Below are positions 17,859 to 26,686 of a stretch of 59,065 nt of DNA, one piece after another (position 1 is the stretch's first letter; the number at the start of each line of letters is the position of its first letter). The position numbers were made by a program, and so were the translations under genes. The notes below the pieces were generated by a model that ran no database searches, was not told where the DNA came from, and saw nothing but the letters and a program-made list of their open reading frames with translations. Origin of the DNA: a bacterium (GTDB lineage: Bacteria > JAMOTN01); the NCBI GenBank assembly GCA_027062325.1, contig JAMOTN010000003.1:1-59065 (forward strand), written 5' to 3'.

Positions 17859-19322
17859 ATGCAGGGAGTAGTAAAGAGGGTTACAATCCACGACAAGCAA
17901 AATATAGAGGTGAAATTTGAATACCTTTCAAACCTTGTAACAAACAAAGATACTTACCGCATAGATATGTTTTTCTTTATTCCCAAGCAACTTGAGGTAA
18001 ATGAATCAACTTATCCATCCTCTACTTTCTACAACGACACAAAAACCTATACTCGATTAAAAGAACCCGTTTTAGCCCTTGACAGAGTTGCAGATAAAAA
18101 CTGTAAATTTTCTCCGCTCGCTCGTCTTCATGAAATATTAGAATATCCGAACAGCTTTGATCCCAAGATAATAACAAAGGAAGTTAAGCTTTACGGAGTA
18201 ATAGTCAAAGCAAGATTGAGAGAACTAGAAGACACCGTGTTAGATGAATTGCTTCCAAAGGGAAAAGAGTCCACAATTCTTCATATAATTGAAGAGACAT
18301 TTGAAAATTACATGAAAGCCTCTCGTGAATTCCGTAATTTAAAGGACCTATTTTCATCACAGTACCCGCTATACTCCGGCGAAGTACAAGAGGCCTTTGA
18401 AATTGTTGACGACTACACAAGTGCTATAGCAGAGGGTGTCTTCGCAAAACTAGCCAAATATCTATCAAAATCAGAAAAATTTTACGGTATATTCAGTCAA
18501 ATTGCCGATTTCTTTCAGAAAGAAGACACCTATAGGCGTAGTAAAAATTATAAACTCATAAAACCCTCAAACCCCAAACAAGCTGAAAATTACACTCACA
18601 TCTTAAGCGTGTATAAAAAGTACATATCTTCAGTTTTATTCTTAGATACTCAGCAGAATCAAAAGTACGCAGGATTTATCCACCTTATTGCTGCAGTGGC
18701 AGCAGCCCTTGCCATGCTTGCATACCTTGTGATAACTCTTCCTTACTCTGGAAGTAGTGCAGCTGTGTTGACAATTCTAACTCTGAGTTACGTACTAAAA
18801 GACAGAATCAAAGAAGTTGTGCGCCTTAAACTGTCACCCTACTTACTACGCTACTTTCCAGATCACGAAGTAAAAGTTTTAGATCAGCAAACCTCAAGCG
18901 TAGTGGCAGTTTGCCAAGAAAAGATAAAATTCTTAAACTTTGAAGAGCTGGAAGAAGCTATTAAAGCCGCGCGACAACCATTTTTGACAGCATCTCAAAT
19001 TCAACTTCAAGAGGAGATTATGCAATTCTCAAGGCGTATTACCGTATTCACAAAAAAGATTTTCCAGATACATTCTCGCACTGTAACTTTAACAGACATA
19101 ATTCGCTACAACTTCAGAAAATTTTTGTACAAGATGGACGAACCAGTCGATATTCTGCACTTCTTTGATAAAAATAAGAAAACTCCTACTCAAATCACCG
19201 CCCCACGTGTTTACTTTGTGGATCTCGTACTCAAAATCTCCTCTCACGACCAAACAGTTGTGGAAGTTTACAGAGTGGTACTTGATAAAAAAGGAATAAA
19301 AACTGTTAAGAAGTTATCGTAA
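17859..19322 (+). CDS. hypothetical membrane protein (487 aa, two central TM helices)
   Basis: TAGGAGGAAAAA-ATG start. TM helices are FIHLIAAVAAALAMLAYLVITL and AAVLTILTLSYVL. No motif recognised in the flanking soluble regions of about 270 aa and 160 aa. Confidence 0.6.
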   Translation: MQGVVKRVTIHDKQNIEVKFEYLSNLVTNKDTYRIDMFFFIPKQLEVNESTYPSSTFYNDTKTYTRLKEPVLALDRVADKNCKFSPLARLHEILEYPNSFDPKIITKEVKLYGVIVKARLRELEDTVLDELLPKGKESTILHIIEETFENYMKASREFRNLKDLFSSQYPLYSGEVQEAFEIVDDYTSAIAEGVFAKLAKYLSKSEKFYGIFSQIADFFQKEDTYRRSKNYKLIKPSNPKQAENYTHILSVYKKYISSVLFLDTQQNQKYAGFIHLIAAVAAALAMLAYLVITLPYSGSSAAVLTILTLSYVLKDRIKEVVRLKLSPYLLRYFPDHEVKVLDQQTSSVVAVCQEKIKFLNFEELEEAIKAARQPFLTASQIQLQEEIMQFSRRITVFTKKIFQIHSRTVTLTDIIRYNFRKFLYKMDEPVDILHFFDKNKKTPTQITAPRVYFVDLVLKISSHDQTVVEVYRVVLDKKGIKTVKKLS

Positions 19323-19324
19323 AA

Positions 19325-20476
19325 TCAAAAGAAAAGTATCCACATCAAGGCGAATAAAATTGCAACCCCACTTCCCAACAAGATGAGCAAAATTTTATCA
19401 AATGCTGAATTCTCTGAAGAAGATATAGTTATACCACCAGAACTGCCCCTTGCACTTTCCTTCCTTTTTCCTGCTTCTTTTTTTTCAGTATTCAACCTGG
19501 CAATTTGACCTTCTTTAGCACTATTTTCTAAAGATTGTGAATTTCTAGGGGGAGCAGATAGTGTAATCGAAGTATTCTCCCGACCACTTATCCCTTTATT
19601 TACTCCTTTATTTACTCCTTGTTCATTCATCTCTCCTTTAAATTCCATGTTTACTTTTTCTTTTTTTTCAAAGTTTTTATTTGGAGTTTTACTTGACTGA
19701 AGAGCTTGATGGCTGCTCTTTGCTCTTTGCTCTTCTCTTACTTCTTCAACCTCTGCCATCTCAACTATTTGAAATGCCATATCCTTTAACTTTGAATAAT
19801 CAAATTCATCCGAGTACCTATCAAAAAAAGCCACAACATCTTCTAACTTCTTACCACCTTCAACAGCTTCAACTACAAACTTCTTCCACCTATTAAAGTG
19901 CACCCCCAGCTTTCCCTTTAGAAAATCCAAACCTTCTAAAACCTCATTTCTCCTAACCACAAGTTTTCCGCTCATCAAACTAACAACAACTGCAGTAGTA
20001 AAAAAAACAACTCCTTCTTCACTCTCTTCATCTTCTGAAAATTTCAACACTTTTAAATTTAAGTGAGTATCAAAAAATACATCCTCCATCTTTACAGCTC
20101 GAAGTTTATTCTTATCTCTTAAAGCTTGGAAAAGAGATGCAAGTTGTCGTCCCACACGAGCTGCAATAAGCGGAGCAAATTCTTCCCCTTCTGAAAGAAC
20201 CGAAAAGAGATTTTCACCTTCAAATGGAAGCAGCACAACATAGGGAACCTTAGCACGTGCAACTTTTACCACTTCTACAACCGAAGGATGCTTTATCTCT
20301 GCAGTAATTTCAAACTCCCGCAAAATCTTCTCGCGCATCTTATCAGATAGAAAATTTTGAAGAAAGAGTATCAAAACATTTGAATCTCCAAATTTTCCTT
20401 CGTGCCATACAAACCTATCGTCAACTGCTACCTTTTTACCGACTTTAAATTTCATATTACGATCAAATTCCTCCAC
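19325..20476 (-). CDS. tail-anchored protein with a degenerate Ser/Thr kinase-like (pseudokinase) domain
   Basis: Collinear with Hanks kinases, but catalytic residues are replaced. VLILFL stands for VAIKxL (Lys lost), KLRAVKMEDV for HRDxKPxN (Asp lost), and LKVLKFS for VKxxDFG (Asp lost). IKHPSVVEVVKV and PYVVLLPFEGENL keep the scaffold pattern. Low-complexity linker, then C-terminal TM ILLILLGSGVAILFALMWILFF. Start uncertain (GTG 20476 or ATG 20455). Confidence 0.5.
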   Translation of the reverse strand: MEEFDRNMKFKVGKKVAVDDRFVWHEGKFGDSNVLILFLQNFLSDKMREKILREFEITAEIKHPSVVEVVKVARAKVPYVVLLPFEGENLFSVLSEGEEFAPLIAARVGRQLASLFQALRDKNKLRAVKMEDVFFDTHLNLKVLKFSEDEESEEGVVFFTTAVVVSLMSGKLVVRRNEVLEGLDFLKGKLGVHFNRWKKFVVEAVEGGKKLEDVVAFFDRYSDEFDYSKLKDMAFQIVEMAEVEEVREEQRAKSSHQALQSSKTPNKNFEKKEKVNMEFKGEMNEQGVNKGVNKGISGRENTSITLSAPPRNSQSLENSAKEGQIARLNTEKKEAGKRKESARGSSGGITISSSENSAFDKILLILLGSGVAILFALMWILFF

Positions 20477-20495
20477 TCTAGAAATTAGCTACTCC

Positions 20496-21458
20496 TTACT
20501 CACTTATCCTCTTTTCCTGAACAAGAATACCATCCACATAAACAAGTATCGTGCAACTTCCAGAGTATTTAATATCAACAGCTATGCTCTCCGATGGATC
20601 TCTAACCGAATCGTATATAACTTTTACTCCATTATCATCAACTTTGAGTATCTTAACTTCTTTAGGAAGAGAGCCAGATGGCACTGTAAAAGTGAAGTGA
20701 TAAACTTTACCACGTGCAATTTGTTTACCCGCAACAACAACATCCACTGCGGAATTTTGCTGTAAAATTGTCTTCGCCTCTGGCATCTGAGCAAGTACCA
20801 TTCCTTCAGGATACCTATCGGTTTTTTGATAAAGAATTCGTCCAAGTTTTAAATCCAAGTTCTTCAACTTTTCTGTAGCTTCAGATAACATAGTGCCTAT
20901 TAGATTTGGAACAGCAACAAGATACGGGGGATAATCACTCGCTACAAGTAAGTCAACGCTCTCTCCCTCATAAACCTTGGATCCAGGCTTTGCCGACATG
21001 GCAATAACACTTTGATCAGGATACTTGTTGCGCCATATGTTATCAGTTTTAAGATAAGTTATATTTCCAACCTTTAAACCAAGTGAGTTCAATTTCTTTA
21101 CAGCATAAGACAAAAGTTTTCCACGTAGATCTGGAACAAGTGCTTTTTCTAATCCTTTTGAAAGGACCACAAAAACACGCCTTCCCTTTTTTACTTCTCG
21201 TGAAGCCTCAGGATACTGCTTTATCACCACACCTTTTGGATACTTGTCATTGTACTCCTCTCCTTTAAAGACGAAATTAAGGCCAATGGAATTCAAACGC
21301 TGAGCTGCCTCCTTCCAGTAAAGTCCCACCAAATCCGGCACCAACACTTTTGCAGGGCTAAAAAATGCATCTAGAAAGTACTTTGCAGTTACGAAAGACA
21401 ATTGAAGAGTTATCAAAAGAAGCAGAAAGTACTTTATTATGGCATAAAATTCTCGCAA
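20496..21458 (-). CDS. membrane-anchored PASTA-domain protein (three PASTA repeats + C-terminal beta domain)
   Basis: Three repeats start at VPDLVGLYWKEAAQRLNSIGL, VPDLRGKLLSYAVKKLNSLGL and VPNLIGTMLSEATEKLKNLDL. N-terminal TM is YFLLLLITLQLSFVTAKYFL. Start set to TTG 21458 (GAGGTGG SD); GTG 21467 is possible. The longer ORF-track start overlaps rlmN. Confidence 0.8.
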   Translation of the reverse strand: MREFYAIIKYFLLLLITLQLSFVTAKYFLDAFFSPAKVLVPDLVGLYWKEAAQRLNSIGLNFVFKGEEYNDKYPKGVVIKQYPEASREVKKGRRVFVVLSKGLEKALVPDLRGKLLSYAVKKLNSLGLKVGNITYLKTDNIWRNKYPDQSVIAMSAKPGSKVYEGESVDLLVASDYPPYLVAVPNLIGTMLSEATEKLKNLDLKLGRILYQKTDRYPEGMVLAQMPEAKTILQQNSAVDVVVAGKQIARGKVYHFTFTVPSGSLPKEVKILKVDDNGVKVIYDSVRDPSESIAVDIKYSGSCTILVYVDGILVQEKRISE

Positions 21459-21471
21459 AGTTACCACCTCT

Positions 21472-22521
21472 CTAGTTTTTCCCTCTCTTCCATGCAAGCT
21501 GTCCGCACGCCAGGTTTTCACTCTTTCCCTGCGACCAACGTATAGTAACATTTAACCCCGCCTTTTTTAGAATATTTGCAAAAGTTTTAATAGTGCTGTA
21601 ACCCGGAGCCTTTAAATCTACCCCAGGGACAGGATTATAGGGAATTAAATTAACGTGCACATCCTCAAAGAACCGCAACAAACTCACAAGGCGCCCTGCA
21701 TCATCCGGAGTAGAATTTACTCCTGCTCCAAATAAAATGTATTCAATAGACACACGACGCGAGGTCTCCATGTAATAATCATAAGCTGCATCTAACACAT
21801 CCTTTATTGAAGCACGGACTCCCGGCATGAACGAACGACGCATTTCATCACTCGTAAAGTGCAAAGAAACAGCGAGGCGTGGCTTTACACCACTTCTTGC
21901 AAGCTGTCTTATTTTTGAAGGAATCCCAACAGTTGACAACGTCACATGTCTCATACTGATTCCACAATTTTTCTTAAGTTTTTTTAAAAAGTCCACAGTT
22001 TCAGAGTAATTCAAAAGTGGCTCTCCCATTCCCATTAAAACTACGTTTTTTAACTTATTCCCCACAATCCTTTTGGCAATCAAAAAACTTTGTATAATTT
22101 CCGAAGAAGTCAAATTTCTTTTGAATCTCTTACCAGAAGCACAGAATATGCACCCAACTGGACAACCAACCTGTGTTGAAAGACAAACAGTAGCATAATT
22201 TCTCCTCTCTAAAATCGGAACTTCAAACAAATAACCGTCAGGAGTCTCAAGAAGCAACTTTTTTGTCTGCTCAGCAACATCCACACAGTCTTTAACTTCA
22301 AGAGTGTAGATAGTGAGCTTCTCCCTCAAAATTCTACGCAACTCCTTCGACAAGTCTGTCATAACGTCAAAATTATCTGCAAGCTTTTCATATATCCATT
22401 TTCTAATCTGGCGCATGCGATAAGCTTCATTATGGCACTTGAAGCATTCCTCAATATCCTCTTCTGCTGCGAAAAAGTTAAGCGCTCCTCTTTCTTCTAA
22501 ACACTGCAACAAAGTATCCAT
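21472..22521 (-). CDS. rlmN: 23S rRNA/tRNA (adenine-C2)-methyltransferase, radical SAM
   Basis: CLSTQVGCPVGCIFCASG (CxxxCxxC), MGMGEPLLNY, LAVSLH, NLIPYNP, C-terminal ACGQLA. Confidence 0.9.
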   Translation of the reverse strand: MDTLLQCLEERGALNFFAAEEDIEECFKCHNEAYRMRQIRKWIYEKLADNFDVMTDLSKELRRILREKLTIYTLEVKDCVDVAEQTKKLLLETPDGYLFEVPILERRNYATVCLSTQVGCPVGCIFCASGKRFKRNLTSSEIIQSFLIAKRIVGNKLKNVVLMGMGEPLLNYSETVDFLKKLKKNCGISMRHVTLSTVGIPSKIRQLARSGVKPRLAVSLHFTSDEMRRSFMPGVRASIKDVLDAAYDYYMETSRRVSIEYILFGAGVNSTPDDAGRLVSLLRFFEDVHVNLIPYNPVPGVDLKAPGYSTIKTFANILKKAGLNVTIRWSQGKSENLACGQLAWKRGKN

Positions 22522-23788
22522 CCCAATCTCCTCCCGGGAATACTCTGACCCAATTTACTCCAAACTCTGCCAAAGCAAATTCTGTAGGATCCTTCAAAAA
22601 TTTCAAATTTTTCTCGAAATTAACAGGTATAAAATCGGCATTTTCTCTTAAAAACTCCGAACATACTGCAATTGTCTCCTCTCTCAACATACTACAAACT
22701 ATGTAAAATAGCACACCAGAAGGTTTCACTAACTTTGAAGCCGCTTTAAGCATCTCAAGTTGAGAGGCAGCCGCACTATTTACCAAACCACGTGTTATTT
22801 TATATTTAACCTCTGGATGTCTTCTCACAAATCCAGCATGAGTGCATGGCAAATCTGCAATGACCACATCAAATTTAGCTTTCAAAGGAAGTTTTTGGGC
22901 ATCAGAGCAGATAATATAAGCATTATCAATTCCATAATTTTTAAAATTTCTCTTCAACACAAAGCACTTTTCAAACTTGTTGTCGTTTGAAAAAACATGG
23001 GATACATATTCAGAAGCTATCATACTCTTACCACCTGGAGATGCTGCAATATCCAACACATTTGAACTATCATCCAAGAAACGATCAAATAAACGTTCCA
23101 CAATGTAAGTTGACAAACTGGTTATGTAATATCCAGAGTTTGCAATTTTTTCAACACTATAACCTCTCTCAACTTTTCTAGAAAATTTCACTCTATACCA
23201 ACCCGAAAAGACCTCTGTCAAAGCCCCAGTATGCGCTAAATCAACAGAATTTTTCATTTTCCTTGCAAATACAGGAATCTCCTCGTTAAACTGTCTTAAT
23301 ATCTTATCTCGGTTATTCTCAAAAAACGCATCACTTTTTAAAACATCCAAAAAAGGTTGAGGAATACTGTAGAATACACTATCATCAAACTCTTTCTCTA
23401 AATCTTCCAAGTTCAGGGCAGAAGCACGTCTCAATACAGCATTGAAAAACGATGTTAACCATATCCAGCGCCCTTTTACTATGCTCACTGCAACATTTGT
23501 AACGTGCACAGCCTTAAAGCGCGCAAATAACATCAACCACATTGCAACTTTCAAAAGCATTCGAGCAACTCTTTTTATCCTAACCTTTCCACGCTTACTC
23601 AACCTTTTGATAAGCACATCAAGAAGAATACTATTTCTCAAAACACCGTAAAAAATTGAGACAACCAAACCTTTATCCCACTCACCATCTTTTAATCTAT
23701 GGCGTAAAAACAAATTAGAGAAACCTTTTTTTTCATCAAACTCAGCTAATAATTCAGCTGCTTTTAACATAGTACTCTCAAGCTTCAC
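22478..23788 (-). CDS. rsmB: 16S rRNA (cytosine967-C5)-methyltransferase
   Basis: NusB-like N-terminal domain. DIAASPGGKS (SAM motif I), ADLPCTHAGFVRRHPEVKY, LFYIVCSMLREE. Confidence 0.85.
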   Translation of the reverse strand: MKLESTMLKAAELLAEFDEKKGFSNLFLRHRLKDGEWDKGLVVSIFYGVLRNSILLDVLIKRLSKRGKVRIKRVARMLLKVAMWLMLFARFKAVHVTNVAVSIVKGRWIWLTSFFNAVLRRASALNLEDLEKEFDDSVFYSIPQPFLDVLKSDAFFENNRDKILRQFNEEIPVFARKMKNSVDLAHTGALTEVFSGWYRVKFSRKVERGYSVEKIANSGYYITSLSTYIVERLFDRFLDDSSNVLDIAASPGGKSMIASEYVSHVFSNDNKFEKCFVLKRNFKNYGIDNAYIICSDAQKLPLKAKFDVVIADLPCTHAGFVRRHPEVKYKITRGLVNSAAASQLEMLKAASKLVKPSGVLFYIVCSMLREETIAVCSEFLRENADFIPVNFEKNLKFLKDPTEFALAEFGVNWVRVFPGGDWDGYFVAVFRRKRSA

Positions 23789-24488
23789 TCACATCCCCCC
23801 TACTATGCTCTGGGGAATTGGACAAATCCTCAACCTCTACAACATCTTTTAAAATTTTTTCAATCTCTTCTACATCCACAATAGTATTGATACACGGCCC
23901 CTCCGGCCTTTCATTAATAACTCCGTATACCGGTATTTGCAAGACATCTGCCATTCCAGAAGCAAGATCTCGCTCACAAGCAACGGCAACTATTAATTTG
24001 GGACGTGTGGCTTTAACAACATTTCTTGCAGCAGTTCCACCAGAAACTATGGCGCACAAAATATTATACCTCTCAACCACTTTTCTTAAAGCCGATACAT
24101 CACACTTCCCACAGTGAGCACAGTTTGATAAATCCGGCTTTAAACGAATAGTACAAAAACTCTTTTGCAAACAATGCGGAAGTAGTAACAGAACTTCATG
24201 GGGCTTGAACTTCTTTCCTCTTATTCTTTCAAGAGTTATCTGATTAATTTTTTCTATAAAAAACTTTTCTCCCTTCTCACCAAGTACTAATCGCAACACA
24301 TGATAAGCAGCCGAGAACATAATAACATCAAATTTGCTAAACTTCTCACTCTTAACAGAAAAAAACACCTTGAACGGTGCAAACACAACAAGAGCAAGTA
24401 AAATCCTGTAAAGCTTTCTGAACAATAAAACCGCCAATATGAGAGGTGCAAATACTACTATAAAAAAGGTAATTCTAGAAAACTCCAT
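23778..24488 (-). CDS. DUF116 family Cys-rich membrane-associated protein
   Basis: LLLPHCLQKSFC...CAHCGKCDV...IVSGGTAARNVV...IVAVACERDLASG, with N-terminal TM helices. It sits in the typical position between fmt and rsmB. Confidence 0.7.
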   Translation of the reverse strand: MEFSRITFFIVVFAPLILAVLLFRKLYRILLALVVFAPFKVFFSVKSEKFSKFDVIMFSAAYHVLRLVLGEKGEKFFIEKINQITLERIRGKKFKPHEVLLLLPHCLQKSFCTIRLKPDLSNCAHCGKCDVSALRKVVERYNILCAIVSGGTAARNVVKATRPKLIVAVACERDLASGMADVLQIPVYGVINERPEGPCINTIVDVEEIEKILKDVVEVEDLSNSPEHSRGDVSEA

Positions 24489-24520
24489 CTAATCCTCCTT
24501 TAAATAAACAGTTTATTAGT

Positions 24521-25591
24521 TCAGTCTCGGCTTCTAAAACTTTCGAATTTATCACCAACTTGTACTCTGTATCCATTGATAAAGTCAAGAGATTTTAGCG
24601 CTTTTTTACCCTCAGGTAAAACCTCCATAAACTTTAAAAAACCACGTTTACAAGCAACTATAAGTCCCCTTTTTTTGTCAGCAGCAATAACTCGGCCGGG
24701 CTCGCTGCTTTTTTCTGTTATTCCTTCAACCTCTTTCAATGCCACCGCTTTCAAAACTTTTAAAAGTTTTCCCTTGTAATTGGTGCGCGCCCATAAACTA
24801 CCGTAAAATGCCCTAATAATTCTCTCATCTTGCGCAGCATCCTCAAAGCGTAAATAAGCATCCTCTTTTACATACTTGTAGCAGAAGGTTGGCTCCCCAA
24901 TCTGAGGCTTCAAGTCAAATTTACCCTTGCTGTAACCTTTTAAACACTCAGCCACTTCTTCAAAGGTATCTTTGGTAAGCTCTTGAATTTTAACTCTCAA
25001 ATCAAGAGCAGTCCAATAAGGCAATATATCAAATTCTTTTCTGTAGAGAATATCTCCCGCATCAAGCTCCTTCACCATTTTAAATACACAAAGCTCGCTT
25101 CTATCAAAACCTTGAAGGATCGAAGTCTCTATCGGCGTGGCCCCCCTGAGAAGAGGAAGCGGTGATGGATGCCAGTTGAACCACCCGAATTTCACCGCAT
25201 TTAAGAAGCGATTTGGTATAAGCTTTCCGAACGAAAAGACAAACACAAAATCGAGCTTTGTAAAGTCTACTACTTTCTTAATTTGAGCATTTGAAAGAAT
25301 GGGGGGGAACTTTAACTTTTTATCAGTGTTTTTTAGTTCCTCTATATCAAACGCCGCAAATTCTGATGGACTTTTTTTCTTAAAAGTGTCAACAAATACC
25401 ACATCAACTTTTTTTTCAACTGCAGCCTGTGTTAACTCTGTAGGCCTTAATTTCTTACCACGCCCCGCAGGCTTGGGAGGTGCTGTTAATACAAATTCAA
25501 TGTTAAAGTCAGGATGATTATACACAGCTTCAAACAGAGCAACCGATAAAGAACAACTCCCCGCAACAGCAACCTTATACACTACCTTCAC
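24521..25591 (-). CDS. fmt: methionyl-tRNA formyltransferase (with an insertion in the N-domain)
   Basis: PPKPAGRGKKLRPTELTQAA, NWHPSPLPLLRGATPIETSILQG, DAGDILY. At 356 aa it is longer than usual. Confidence 0.85.
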   Translation of the reverse strand: MKVVYKVAVAGSCSLSVALFEAVYNHPDFNIEFVLTAPPKPAGRGKKLRPTELTQAAVEKKVDVVFVDTFKKKSPSEFAAFDIEELKNTDKKLKFPPILSNAQIKKVVDFTKLDFVFVFSFGKLIPNRFLNAVKFGWFNWHPSPLPLLRGATPIETSILQGFDRSELCVFKMVKELDAGDILYRKEFDILPYWTALDLRVKIQELTKDTFEEVAECLKGYSKGKFDLKPQIGEPTFCYKYVKEDAYLRFEDAAQDERIIRAFYGSLWARTNYKGKLLKVLKAVALKEVEGITEKSSEPGRVIAADKKRGLIVACKRGFLKFMEVLPEGKKALKSLDFINGYRVQVGDKFESFRSRD

Positions 25592-26114
25592 TCCTTAAAT
25601 ACTCTTCAAGCTTTCCATCAAGGTAGAGTCTCAACAACTTTTCTTTCTTTTCAGACCACTTGTCAGAAACCCTATCTATAAATACTATGCCATCAAGATG
25701 ATCTATTTCGTGGCAGAATGCACGTGCATCAAAGCCTTCTGCCCGCAAAAATATCTCCTTACCACTCAAATCCATTGCTTGAACTTCAACTGCAACAGGA
25801 CGTTCTACCGGCAAAAATAAATTTGGAAAACTCAAACAGCCCTCCTCTTCCTCTTCCACTTCATTTGAAGCCCATATTATCTGAGGATTCAAAAAAGCGT
25901 GTATCACTCCCCTGTCATCCTCCACAAGAATCAATCTCTTGTGCACACCAACTTGAACAGCTGCAAGCCCCTTTCCCCTTTCCCTGACCATTATCTTAGC
26001 CATCTCATCAGCCAAACGCCTCATCTCATCCAGTTCAAAAGAGTAAACAGGCTCACTTGGAGTTTTAAGTCGCTCATCTGGCCATTTTACTATCTCTAAG
26101 TATTTCATATACAT
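25575..26114 (-). CDS. def: peptide deformylase
   Basis: GKGLAAVQVG (motif 1), EGCLSFP (motif 2), HEIDHLDG (motif 3). Confidence 0.95.
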   Translation of the reverse strand: MYMKYLEIVKWPDERLKTPSEPVYSFELDEMRRLADEMAKIMVRERGKGLAAVQVGVHKRLILVEDDRGVIHAFLNPQIIWASNEVEEEEEGCLSFPNLFLPVERPVAVEVQAMDLSGKEIFLRAEGFDARAFCHEIDHLDGIVFIDRVSDKWSEKKEKLLRLYLDGKLEEYLRSEGSV

Positions 26115-26640
26115 CCCTCCAGTCGCTACATTTCAAACGAAGCTTTAAATCATCTTTCACTCCAACTCTTCTAATCAACTCCACCTTAACACTTGAAGGG
26201 CGAACTCGCAAGCACTTCAAGTCTAAAATTTCAGACGTTCTAATCCCTGTATGCTCCGGCTTAATTCCTACAATTTCAGATATTGCAGACGGTCCCAACT
26301 TCACCGGTTTATAGTGCTCCTTATTGTTCAACAAATAACCTGCTCTTACAAATATAAAAACATTTCTATCAATGCTTTTTACAAAAACTGTGAAGTTTGT
26401 ACACACTGCCCTAAATATTGAGTAGGCATATATTACACTGTGGGCTGTTTTCAGAAGTTTTTTAGCTTGCTTTCTTTTAAGGTGATGTGAAGAAGGATCA
26501 CCGTCAAAGCCATAAAATTCAAGTTCCGTTAAAAGAATTTTCTCATTTAAAATTAGAGGGACTCGTGAAGAGAAAAACTCAAGTACTGCACGCTCATCGT
26601 CAAAACCTGCATCAATTAACAAGGGCTTAAGTACATTCAT
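26074..26640 (-). CDS. divergent 3-methyladenine DNA glycosylase (AAG/Mpg family)-like protein
   Basis: TELEFYGFDGDPSSHH parallels the family motif ETEAY-x-G-xx-D-x-A-x-H. VIYAYSIFRAVCTNFTV parallels VYxxYGxHxCxNVV. FIFVRAG parallels LIRA. GPSAISEIVGI parallels GPGKLxxALGI. Weak, by-eye assignment. Confidence 0.45.
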   Translation of the reverse strand: MNVLKPLLIDAGFDDERAVLEFFSSRVPLILNEKILLTELEFYGFDGDPSSHHLKRKQAKKLLKTAHSVIYAYSIFRAVCTNFTVFVKSIDRNVFIFVRAGYLLNNKEHYKPVKLGPSAISEIVGIKPEHTGIRTSEILDLKCLRVRPSSVKVELIRRVGVKDDLKLRLKCSDWRDVYEILRDSKMAR

Positions 26641-26686
26641 TGCAGTGCTTGATACCTCTATTCTTATATCCTCATCTACTTATAAA

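Noticed and set aside
20476-21551. Longer start choices for the PASTA ORF (21551) and the peptidase ORF (29045) that overlap upstream genes by 80-150 nt
   Set aside because: The extensions translate to implausible basic, low-complexity sequence. Downstream starts have SDs and immediately precede TM or signal segments.
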